From: Podarcis tiliguerta
Lineage: Eukaryota
Length of the DNA: 64,000 nt
Reading direction: 5' to 3' (one strand)
NCBI GenBank assembly: GCA_965153285.1
Contig: OZ229120.1
Shown here: piece after piece, positions 24,366 through 35,500 of the stretch
Layout: every line of letters starts with the position of its first letter
How positions within the stretch are numbered: the stretch's first letter is position 1
Notes under the pieces: model-generated
What the model was told of the DNA's origin: nothing
What the model saw: only the letters and a program-made list of their open reading frames with translations
Databases searched by the model: none
Position numbers and translations under genes: made by a program

Positions 24366-26497
24366 GTATGTAACACTTTAATAATATTTTTTTTCTAGTT
24401 CTCCGGTTCAGAATTGCTTCCCCATGCTCCAGGCTGAGGATATCTCGGGTATTCATGCATAAGAGTGAAATGCAATTGACCTTCTGCTATGTTTTACTTT
24501 GTTGAATTCCGTTATTGTGTGTGCCCATCCTACCATGCCTCTCCCTTGCAATGTGAACTAATGAATGGTACCTTAGAATAGGGATGTTCTCTTGCCTGGT
24601 GCCTTTGAGGGCCACGGGGCGTCCCCGATAACCCTCAACACAGCAGCTTCTATGGGTTTGAGAAGCAGAAGCTGCTCTGTCCCTTTTGTTCCCAATTGCG
24701 AAAAACAAAAATGGCTATTGAGCATAAAAGGACAGGCTGCTGATCCATCCGGAAAGGTCTAGAGTATGTCCTGTTTATCAGGATCAGGAAAAATGCTGCT
24801 CTCCACCCGGGGGAACCGGATTCAGCCCTGGTCCTCCTTCATGTGCCCAGTGCTTGTATGCATTTCTCCTTCTGTTTGTCATGTGCCCCTCCTCATTAAC
24901 TCTAGACCCCTCTCCCCCTTTTCAGATAGATAAGACACCTGTCCATGTTGCAAATTTTTGGTGAAGCTTCAGTTTCCCAGTGTTGCCCAATGGCACCGTG
25001 AATCTGGGGCCTGGGTTGGGGGGGAGGCGAAGCTTTGCTTTCTTGCCCTGCCACCTTCCTCCGAGTAGGAGCTTGTGCCTTTCCCACCAGATGGGTCTTC
25101 AAATGCCAGGGTGGGGGGAGGAAGCCAGCAGGCTCAGCCTTCCCTGCCTCCCGCTTGCTCTTTTGAAAGTCAGATCGGTGTGTGGCATTCGCCAAAGTGA
25201 CAGGCGTGCTCTCCTCCTACCCGTATACCTTGCAGAGCAGTGAGAGGTTTTCACAAAGAATAACAATCTCGCAGTCGAGGAGCCTCCCCCCCCCCCCCGA
25301 GATCACATAATCCCAACCTCGCCCTCTGGGCTGATTAACTCGGTGCCGTGGGCAGATTGTGGAGGCCACTCTGATGCGAAGCCCTGTGAGCGGTGACATT
25401 TGCCTGTGCCTGTCTCCTCTACACTGCCTGGCACCGGTGTCCCCATTAATACGGACCGTTGGCCCTTTGGGAGTTTCCCGAGGAACCTGCTCTGCTTAGT
25501 TGAGGAGGAGGATTAATTCTCTAACAGGTTGTTGTCAAGTGGTGATCTCAAAGCAAGAGGCCTGCGGAGTTGAACCCCCCCCCTTGCCAGGTGTGAGCAC
25601 CTTGGGGGTCCCAGGTGGCACGAGGCTTGGCCAGTGGGCCTCTTCCACACAAGGCTTTAATGCAGGGTGTGCCCATCTGCACCTTCGCTTTTGTTTCTGC
25701 CCTTCTCTTCCACCCTCTGGGATCAGAAGTGCCCCTACTTTCGGGAGAGAAAGCAGGTTTCCTGCCATGCCTCTCAGCGGAGCCCCAGCAGCGTCTGATG
25801 GGAGAGGATGCCCCTATCTTCCTCTCTGGCAGCAGCGGACCCCTCTCCCCTGCCAAGCGTGGGGCGCAGTGCCACTCTGTTCATCTCCCCTGGAAGCAGC
25901 AGGGAAGCAAAGCATTTGGGTGTGCTGTGAGTTTAGCATTGGTTCCCTGGAGCTGCTGGAGATTTCTCCCAGCTAGTGTTTCCTCGATGCAATGGGGGAC
26001 ATGTGCAGAATGTCCTGCAGCCAGTTCAGTAGCCTCTTTCGCTCTAGAGCAGCCTTCCTCCCAAGCAGCAGCGGGAAGGCTCAGGGCAGGCTGCTTCTGT
26101 TTTCCCAACAAACATCAGATGAGGAATGGGCAAGCCCTCTATTTCTGGGGAAACTCTTATCTTTTTTGACAGGATCTACTTTTGTGGACTGCCACGTTGA
26201 GACAAGGCTTTTGGCGTGGAGTCGCACTCATCTTGAATGCCTGCTGTTCTCTTGTGGAAGAGAAGACGCTTAAAACCCACATTCACACTGCAGCTCTCCC
26301 ACTCATCCCACCTTGACATTCAGTTGCCTGGATTTCAGGAGGGATTTTTTTTAAAGAAAACCTTTCTTAAAGGCTAATGGGGGAGTAATTAGGTTTTCAG
26401 TCTCCTTTTCCATGTGAAAGGCAGCCTTCCCTTGCTTTGGAGAGAAGCAGTGGGAGAAGACGTAAATGTCTGGCCATAGAATACTCACAAGCCCTTT

Positions 26498-26549
<52 letters not shown>
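26498..26549. repeat. (ATA)n microsatellite
   Basis: Direct reading; explains the poly-Ile ORF 26351..26596. Confidence 0.97.
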
Positions 26550-27584
26550 TTAATAGGGGAGCCATAGCCAGAGACCCGCCCTCTCTTTTCACTCACGCCT
26601 TTTGCCCTTTTAATATGAGCAGAAGACTGTCTTTCTCCGTAAACCTTTCAAAGATCTCGCTGCATTGTGCCTCTGTGTTGTGAAATGTGTTTCAAAGATT
26701 TGTTGTTCATGAGACATTTGGACCTTTTAAAGAGAAGATGTTCCGCCAGCCCCTCTCACAATAAGTGCTGTTCCAGTGCTTGCTGGCAAGGTTCCAGGAT
26801 CAATAAACCGTTGGACTATAGAAAAGCTTGCACACACCACACTCTCTCTCTGTCGATTTGTCAGTTATTTTGAGAACACGTTCCCTGCAAGTTTTGTCTC
26901 CTCTGCCTGGCTCCTCATCCTCCTCATGCAGGCATTAGTAGGGCAGTCAGGCCTGGGGTGGTGGCAAGGGACCCCACGCTAGACACAAACTCAAGCACAA
27001 CAAATCAAAGGGCTTGTGAAAATGGACAATATTCTGAGACTGGAGCCATGCTTTGTGCTTAGAAAATGACTTGGGATTCCCTCTCCCTCCAGCTCTGCTT
27101 GGAGGGGCCTTTCCTTCCTTTAGTTGCTACTCTGGCCTCTTCATCCCTCTTTCTCTTTGCTTCCTCTCTTCCCCCAGCCCAGACTCTAGGTGGTAGTAGC
27201 ACCCTGGTGAACATGCCGCTGTGGGATGTGAGCCTCTGAGCCCTTCTTCGTTCTAGACTGTGCATGAATACCACGTGGTCTTGCAAAATGGAGCATCCCT
27301 CTTTCCCCTCCCCAAACCTGGTTCATTCTTCAGAGCTGCTTGTGTGAAACTGTTCATACAGTTTGGGGCGGGGGCTGGAAACGTCTTTGCTTGGCATGAG
27401 ATGCTGGTGGAGACAGAGGCTTGAGCGTCAGACAATTCAGTCATTCTTCTGTTGGGGGAGACTGTTTTGAAGCCAGAATGGAGGCACTTGTAAAATACAA
27501 AGCATGCAGATTGGTTTCTGCTCTATTCTTTTCGTAAACCGCTTTGAGGTTTTCTACAGTTAAGCGGTACATAATTTTTTATGC

Positions 27585-27610
27585 AATCAATCAATCAATC
27601 AATCAATCAA
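27585..27610. repeat. (AATC)n microsatellite
   Basis: Direct reading. Confidence 0.9.
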
Positions 27611-30238
27611 AGCAGCACACCCAAAGCTGGTTGGGGAAGTTGTTGTCACTCTGCCTTGTCTGAGAAATGAAAATGCCATTGCTCTCTGCGTGGAGTTTCT
27701 CATTCACTGCCCTCCACCCTCCTCTTCCTCCTCCTGCCCCTCAGGGTAGTGCCTGAAATGCTCTTTTTGACACCTGCATCTCCCTCCCATGTAGGAGACC
27801 CCCCCCCAACACCACAGACATTAGATTCTCCCTCCACCTCCTCTCCCTGCAGTTATGGTGATGTGTTTTCACCTATTCTCAAACATTTGCTTATGTAATT
27901 AAAATACCCATACTAGTGTTTTTTTAAAAGTAAACTTATACATTAGTTGACTGTTTTAAAATCCCAAAACAGTCTACTCAAGAATTAAAAAAGAAAACCT
28001 CCATACAATACGTAATAAAACAATATAGCCTCCTAATAAAAAAAACAATTCTGCAGTTGCTCAGGGGTCAGTACCGCTCATCTGAAAATACTTAGGTAGG
28101 GGAAAAGACACGGAAAGAATTAACATTATTGACACAGGCCTTGTTTCCAGGGGCAGAGGGCTTGCTCCACATGACATGGCAGATGCCACCATGCTCAAAG
28201 ACCCTTCTTCAGGAAGCCACACTTTAAATCAGATCAGGGTTAGCAATGAAAATCACCCCCTTGAGGTGGCACATCAAATGATGGAGATGGCCTCCTAGAA
28301 AACCTGCTGAAGGCACAGTCCTTTTAAAATAACTCCCATGGGACCCCATGAGCATGAGTGGGAGATCTTGTTCATTCCCGTGTGGCGATGGGCCCAGGAG
28401 GAGGACGTTCTCCTGGGATGATGTTCTAGAGCTGTAACTGAGCACTCAGACCAAGACCCCCAGGCTCATTCTCACCAGGAAATCAAGATGGAGAGCCATG
28501 GCTCACCTGCTGCAGGTTCTCTCTCAGTCTCACAAACCTGCTCAAGCACAACATGGAGCAAAACCAAGAACGTTTTGGGCTTTCAGGTGGTGCTCTCATT
28601 TTCCCCTTCCTTCGCACATCAAGAAACACCCTCAAGGGGTACTTTGTTCTGGCACATTGGTTGCCTGCTCAGATACAGATGTACTTTTGAAAGGGACTTC
28701 GTCTCTCCTTTGAAGAAAGAGAGAGAAATTGATAATTGCTCTTCATTTATATTTATATTCCACCAAACAGCCAAGATAAGCACCTTCATGTGAATCCAGA
28801 AATTTTAGTGCACTGAAATTAGCCCTTTCCCTTAGCAGATGAGCAAGAATGCTTCCACCCAAGGCAGCTTAAAAAGCAGGAGATGGTGTCATTTCCAGCA
28901 TGGACAATCAAATTACTCCAGAGGAGTTGAAAGCCTGTTTGAAGTTGTTCTTGGCTAAGGATGCTTGATATTCTGCTTTTTCTTCCTTATTAAGATGCAT
29001 GTTGCAATTCCACTTTATGTCGGGGAGAGGAGCAGGCTGGCTGGGCGGGGGGCAAGGAACAGCTTGTTTCTGTAGAAACTAGCCCTTATGTTGAATAAAT
29101 GGAAGAGAGTCCTGAACCAAAAGGGTTGTAAGAAGCGGGCCCTGTTCCGTTTCTGGTGGGCAGTTTTGCCTGGGCTCTCCAGACCACAAATTCAAGTGAG
29201 GCAGAGGAGCTGCCAACTATACCATGCGGATGCTGGAAGACGGCGTCCGGCATCCTGGCTCAGATCTGCCCTCTTCAGACAGTGCTTCTGTTAGATTGTC
29301 CTCCCTCCGTTGCTCGGTGGTGGTTGTAGCTTGTGGGTCGATGTTGCACAGTGACTTTCCCGCAGTCCCTCCTTTGAGCTCCGCAAAAGTTGCCGGTTCC
29401 CCTTACCATTCCCACTTTGTCAACCAAAAAAGAAATACTTAAGCTGTGATCACCTGTGATCACCCTCGGCAGAGCATGAGCACTCGCAAGAACAACCTGC
29501 CAGCGCATCCTGCCAGTTTGTTCCTGCTCTCCTTCCCTCTGCCCCCCAGCCCTGGGCAAACTTCCTGGGAGGGACAGAGCTGCCTTTCAAACTAGAGTGT
29601 CCTTCCTTTCCCCTTGGGCGATGTTTACTTGTTGTTTGCTTCAGTGGCCACCTTCTAAAATACCCCTAAATGGAAATGTTGGCAATTGTGCACACAAGGG
29701 ATTTCCTTCACAGATGCTTTCACCTTCCCGGCTCCCAAATGTGCCACGACTGTCCTTTCCACTGATGTTTCCTCCCCGTTCCTGGTTGGAGAGATGCTGC
29801 TTAGCTGAGGGCTCCTTGGAAGAGGTCTAGGAAGAGAGGGGAGAAGCAGAGCAGTGCTGCCTGCAACCCTGCAGAGGGAGAGGAAGGAAGCCAGTAAAAA
29901 AAGCTGGCTAAGAAAATGGTTCTGCTCTCTTCTCTTTCACCAGCTATTAAACCAGGTGAATAAATAGATTCTCCTCTTTCACCCATAATAAAGCCAGCCT
30001 TTATGGTATGTACTTTGGGAGGAGTTGTAGAAACAACACCTCTTCACAGGCCTCATTCGTGATGCTTAGGCAGCCAAATCTCCAGTGAGCAGCTTCCCTG
30101 GGAAGCCAAGAAGCTCTTCCTTTAGGCTGCCCTTTACTTTGTCTCAAAAGACAAACAAGCTCACTTGAAAGGTGCTTTTGTCTGAAGTGTCCGGATCTTG
30201 GACTGGGAGACGCTGCTCAACCCTCTCCTGTCTTCTAG

Positions 30239-30461
30239 CTTTTGAAGACCACGATAGTGCTGTGGATGACAGAGACAGCGACTACCGCAGTGAGACCAGC
30301 AACAGCATTCCTCCCCAGTACCACACCACCTCGCAGCCCAATGCTTCGGTGCACCAGTTCCCTGTGGCTTCCCGCCTGCAGCAGCAGGGGGTCCCCCGAG
30401 AGTGCTGTGTGGAGTCCCTGCACGGCTATGATTTGGACTACCACGAACGAGCAGCCATCAG
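30239..30461 (+). CDS. UNC13B: UNC13B exon 8 (223 nt): [41 protein letters not shown]...[11 protein letters not shown]
   Basis: ttctag acceptor, AG|GTAGGT donor. Carries the conserved Munc13 [18 protein letters not shown] motif. Phase 1 to 2. Confidence 0.97.
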
Positions 30462-31043
30462 GTAGGTACCCCCTTGGAACCAGGGTGTTTTCTCTCCCCC
30501 AACCACAAATTTATTGGCAGGAGAAACTCACCGTAAGCTACCAAGACTGGGGCTGGCTGCTTCAGACTCTCTTGTGGTCAGGTATTTAAAAGAAAAGCCA
30601 TTCTGCTGCTTCAGGGGTGACAGAAGAGCAGTGAGCAACAGCTGCCAGACATGGTTCCCCCCACCCAGAATAGCCCAATGGGAGCAAAGAAAGGTTTGCA
30701 GCTGAGCCTCCTCCTTGCGAAGCAGAGCTGGGGTAAGCAGTTCTTTTTGCTGTGGAATTTTGAGACCCCCAGGCTGCCGCCCTGAGTGACCAAGAGTGAC
30801 TGACAATATGTGGATCAATTTCACTTGAGATTGCAAGGCGTGCTCCCCCTCAGGATGCCCCTCTTGCTGAGATTTGGCTTCTGTTGTCTCACACCCATCC
30901 AGACTCCTGCCATGATTGCGCAACCCCCAGTCCCACACGCCACACACTTGCTTTCACTTTCCATTTTATGATACTAAGCTGTTTGAACCTTCTGTGTTGC
31001 TCTTGTCCTTCACGTCTCCCAACGTCTCCTTGCCTTTTTGAAG

Positions 31044-31169
31044 AAGGCGCCATAGCTTAGACTCCACTGTGAGTGGCCGAACTGACCTGGAATCTGCATC
31101 ACAGTCAAGTCAAATGACAAGCCGCCAGCTGTCATTAGAGAGCCGCCACTCACTAGAGGTGTCTGATAG
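31044..31169 (+). CDS. UNC13B: Candidate 126-nt cassette exon (phase 2-2): (R)RRHSLDSTVSGRTDLESASQSSQMTSRQLSLESRHSLEVSD
   Basis: Long pyrimidine tract (~30990-31039), AAGAAG (NAGNAG) acceptor, AG|GTGGGT donor. Open in the frame required by exon 8; length divisible by 3; TGCATG downstream at 31256. Confidence 0.65.
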
Positions 31170-31811
31170 GTGGGTGACCCTCTCCGAAGCCTCTGTGTCC
31201 GTGTCTCGTGACGTGGCTTTGGTCTGCTGGGGTTCCTGGGCTGGCTATCAGTGTTTGCATGAATTCATCCTCTTCCAAGTATAGTTGCCGGCTGGCTGTT
31301 TTCTATTGCTTCTCTTGTTTCAACTGGGTTTTTGTTGCTGTTGACTTCCTCCTTAGGAAAAAGGTAGAACATTTGTATCAGACCTCTAAAGAGAAAAGTG
31401 ATGCAAATCTTTAGCTTTCCTCCAAACTTTAAAATCTTAGATCTGTCTAATTTATTCTCATATAATTACTTTGGTTTCTAATTGCCCTGTCAATATTGTA
31501 GCTGGAGTTTTTAGGATTCATGTTTCCAATTCTGACTTGCCCATCATAATCCTGTTTGTGCTGTCCATGTGGTTAATGGAAGTAACCCCAAATAATAATT
31601 GGAACGGTTCCTCATTTTGCGCCTTATCAACATGGTTGTTTTTTTAAAAATTTATTTACCTCTAGCGTTAACCACAAGAAAGATAATGGGTTTTTCCTGT
31701 TTTGTTGTTTTGTCACATTGCAAATTTAATTAATTGATGCCCTTTATTGTGTGCTTAGTGTAATAACTTATTATTAGTCTGTTGCAAATGCCCCTTCTTA
31801 AAATCAGGAGA

Positions 31812-32105
31812 TAAGGGTCCTGCTGGATCAGGCCAGTGGCTCTCCTTCTCCAGCATCCTGTTCTTACAGTGACTGACCAGGTGCCCGGGAGAAGCTCAGA
31901 GGGAGGAGCTGAGCTCCAGAGCCCTCTTCTCCTCTCCTGCACTTTCCAGCAACTGGGGCTCAGAAGCACCTCTGCCTGCGACTGCGGAGGCAGAGCAGAG
32001 CCGTCATGGCCAGTAGACTTTGATAGCCCTTCTCCCCCATGAATTTGTCTAATCCTTTCTTAATCCAAGTTGGTGGCCATCTTGCTTTCTGTGGGATAAA
32101 CTCCA
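31812..32105 (-). mobile_element. CR1 3' UTR fragment (second subfamily); related pieces at ~50420-50530 and ~62985-63165
   Basis: CCTGCTGGATCAGGCCAGTGGC...CCAGCATCCTGTTC...CCCCCATGAATTTGTCTAATCC...AAGTTGGTGGCCATC recurs three times in the window. Confidence 0.65.
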
Positions 32106-32512
32106 TTGAGACGCTCCAGAAAGTGACTTGTAACATTTTAGGTAGCTGCTCGATTACATTTTTAATCTGCAATTCCTGTTCTTAACAGAAGTTTATAAAT
32201 AACGTACCATACATCACTTTATAGTATACATAACACTGGTATACATGTTTCATGCTCTCCTACCCTTACAACCCTACTATTTAGCTGCAATATTAGTAAA
32301 AGAGAGATTCCTAACATTTCACGTTAATAAATGGATTCATTGTTATGATATTTTAATATGCTTTCTGCATGTGATTCACGATATCATTTGGTCTTTATGA
32401 AATGCTCCTTTGCAAGTTTTGTGTTTAAAGCTCTTTTTTCACCCCTCCTGCTCTTTCCTTTTTTTCTCTGCCCTTCTGTCCTTCTTATATTTTCCCCCTC
32501 CACACGTATCAG

Positions 32513-35500
32513 ACCAGGATCTTTAGTTAGCAATGGGAAAGTCAGGATCATTCCATTTGATTATGAAGTTGGCCAAGAACAGGAAGAGTGCGAAGAGAAC
32601 TATGAGGAATTAGGCAAACAGTTAATAGAAGATTTTTTAGAAAAAAGTCACAGGACTAGAAGTTCACAGGGCCGAAAGAGCCCGAGGCTCTCGAAAAGGG
32701 AGAACTTTGGCCATCCTGAAAGAGCAAGATACTCACGGAAGGCTTGCCCAGAATCAGGACATCCCGATGTTCCTTGCTATCCAGAGGAATATGACACAAT
32801 AGACAGGAGAAGAAAGAAGAAGCTGAGATATAACAATTTTGAAGAATGCGAGCGAACTATACTGCAAAGCAGTAGTAACCGGAGATTTTCTTCAGGCAGC
32901 ATTAAAGCAAGAACTGAACATAACCTATATCCTGATTATGATGAAACTGAGAAATGGGGCAGCAGCCCCATTGAAAGTGAAGAACAGTTACCGGAATATC
33001 CAGTTCTGCGTCCGTACAAGAATGGCCTTCTAGTCAAAAGTGGCAACTTGTCTGCTAACCAACGCGCAAAGCATGACTCAGGATCAGTCCATTTTGATGG
33101 TGAAAATGAGATCCATTCAGAACAGCCAGCTCACTCTTTTGTGCCATTGGGTGCCCTTAAAGAGTTTGGCAGCTGTTCGTCCAGTGTACTCCTGTACTCC
33201 CCAGTTTCGGATGATGATGAAGAAATGGAAGAAATAGCAATACTTTCCCAGGCATGGCGTGAATCCAGCGTTCGCCATGTTGGAGACCTTACTGACGCCC
33301 GTACTGGAAGTGCCATATCCCTGTTACCAAGGGACAAAAACTCACATAGGATGAGAGGAGGAAAGCACGGCTTTCTTAAGCAAGACTTGACCCTCTCTCC
33401 TGTTGAAGAGCCAACGGAAGAATACGTGGACACAATGGATGAACTGCAGTGCTTAGTTGAAACTGTGTCTGAATACTTAGCTGAAAAAGAGGAGGAGATT
33501 AGCAAATTTGAAACCCTTCCTGCGAGCAAAAATGCAAGCGATGGTGCCTCTCCCAAACTGGCCAGTGCTGATAAGCTGGCGGAGGAAAGTGCCCCTTTGG
33601 AACAGGCGAAACCAGCCGCTTCTGCTGCAGAGGAGAGTGAGGGCAGCAAAGGCATAACAGAGGCACTGCCAGACTTGTCTGGGGTGAAGAACACGGTCAG
33701 CTCCTTATTTAGTTCTTTCACCGAAAAAGTGGGCTCAGGAACAAAGCACTTAACAGCCTCAGTTGAAAAACTTGTATCTCCCACACCAGAGAAACCTGAA
33801 GCCCCTGGTCAACCTGAGGGAGGCATCACAAGTCTGTTTTCAAGTAAGCCTAAGTCTGAGGGTGCCTCTCCAGAACCGAAAGCAGAAAGCAAATCGGATG
33901 CCAGGTTGCCCACTGCAACTTCCCCTTCTGTGACCCAGAGTAGCCGTGAGCGAGAAGCCGGTGATGCCAAGGCCAGCATCCCAGAAAAGACAGCGGGAGA
34001 CAACAAGGCTCTTCCAAGTGTCCAGGGTGCTTCAGCAAACGCTGCTCCGCCCCCTTCTCTGGACCCCAGCTCAGTTGTGAACTCCGTCTTAGGCATCTTC
34101 AACCCTTTGAAAATCTTCTCCGAAAAGGAAGCACCGAAAAAAGAGACTGCAAAACAAGAGGAGGCTGTGAAGGTGGAAGCCACGCATGCCTTGGCTTCTG
34201 AAGCCAAGGCAGGTGGGAAGGCAGCTGAAGGCAACGCGACAAAACCCACCAACGTTGCGCCTCCTGAAACGAGCAAGAGCGAGGCAGAAGCGAGCGCAAG
34301 CAGCGGCCCCGTCTCCTCCATCTTTGGCAAGCTGTCGAGCTCCGTTAGTTCTTTTAGCTTGAAAGCCAGTTTTGAGAGTCTGGCTGTTCCCAAGCAGCCA
34401 AGTGGGCCGCAGAAGGCTTTTGATGCGCTGCCGCAGGCCACAAGTCAGCCAGATAAAGTTGTTAAAGAACACCCAGACATGCCAAGAAATCCACAACCTG
34501 CAGGGAAAGTGCCAGAAAACAAGCCAAGTGAAGCCAAGAAGGAGACTGGTAACGCTCCGCCGTTGGAGCAGAGGGAACCATCTGAGAGCTTTTTCAATCC
34601 ACTTAAGAAATCCTTCAGCCAGTTGCTGCTCCCTTCTTCTGCTACTGAAACTGTGCCAAAGGAGCCACCACCGGGCTTGGGGAAAAGTCACCGTTCTGAA
34701 GATGATGTCAGGAAAACAAGCTCCGCAAGCAGCGAACCCAACTTCCCTTTCACCGGTAAGCTCCAGATTCCCTTTTTGAGCGGTTTTGGTTTTTCAGACA
34801 AACCACCGCAGGACAACAAAGAGAAGCCAGGAATTTTCACTTCCTTCTTGAAAGCTGCTTCTGTGGAAAACCTGACAGCTTCAAAAGATCAAACTGCCCC
34901 ACCAAGTTTTAGTGGCAAGCCACCAAATGCTGAAGAGGGTCACAAAAGCAGCAACACGGAAGCTGCCAAAATGGACCCGTCAAAGTCTCAGGCAGTTCCC
35001 GAGGCACCGCAGAGAAAAGAGGAGCCGACGAGGAAGAAAGAACCCAGTAAAGAAGTTGGTCTGGGTGCACCAAAACGTGGAGATAAAGACCAGGGTGCCT
35101 CAGACACTTCAAAAATTGCACACATGGATCATGATACCAAACGCATGGGTGCTCTGGACCACAAGGATTCCAAATGCAGGGGGGAGCCGGCAGCCCCCAC
35201 AAAAGAACCTGACTTAAATACGACAGCAGGAAAGCCAGTGCTTCCTGGTGGAATCAGAGAAGACCAGGTAATGGATGATGCTCAGAGGAAGGCCCCACAG
35301 CCAGGGCAGGGATTGCTCTCGGGCCTCTTCCGGCGGGCGTCTTCAGACCACATAACCCACACGGAAGAGTCGAGTGCTAAAAATGAAACGGACAGCCAGA
35401 AGAGCAGATCAGCTGGCTTACTTTCTGGATTATTTAGGTTTGCTTCAAGTGAAAACCTGACCGAAAGTGTGCCAGATAAGGCAAAATCAGGCTCTCTGGG

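Noticed and set aside
32358-32512. ATG-initiated hydrophobic N-terminus of the 3014-aa ORF as a signal peptide or a stand-alone single-exon gene
   Set aside because: It is the translated polypyrimidine tract. The acceptor at 32511-32512 is in phase with UNC13B exon 8.
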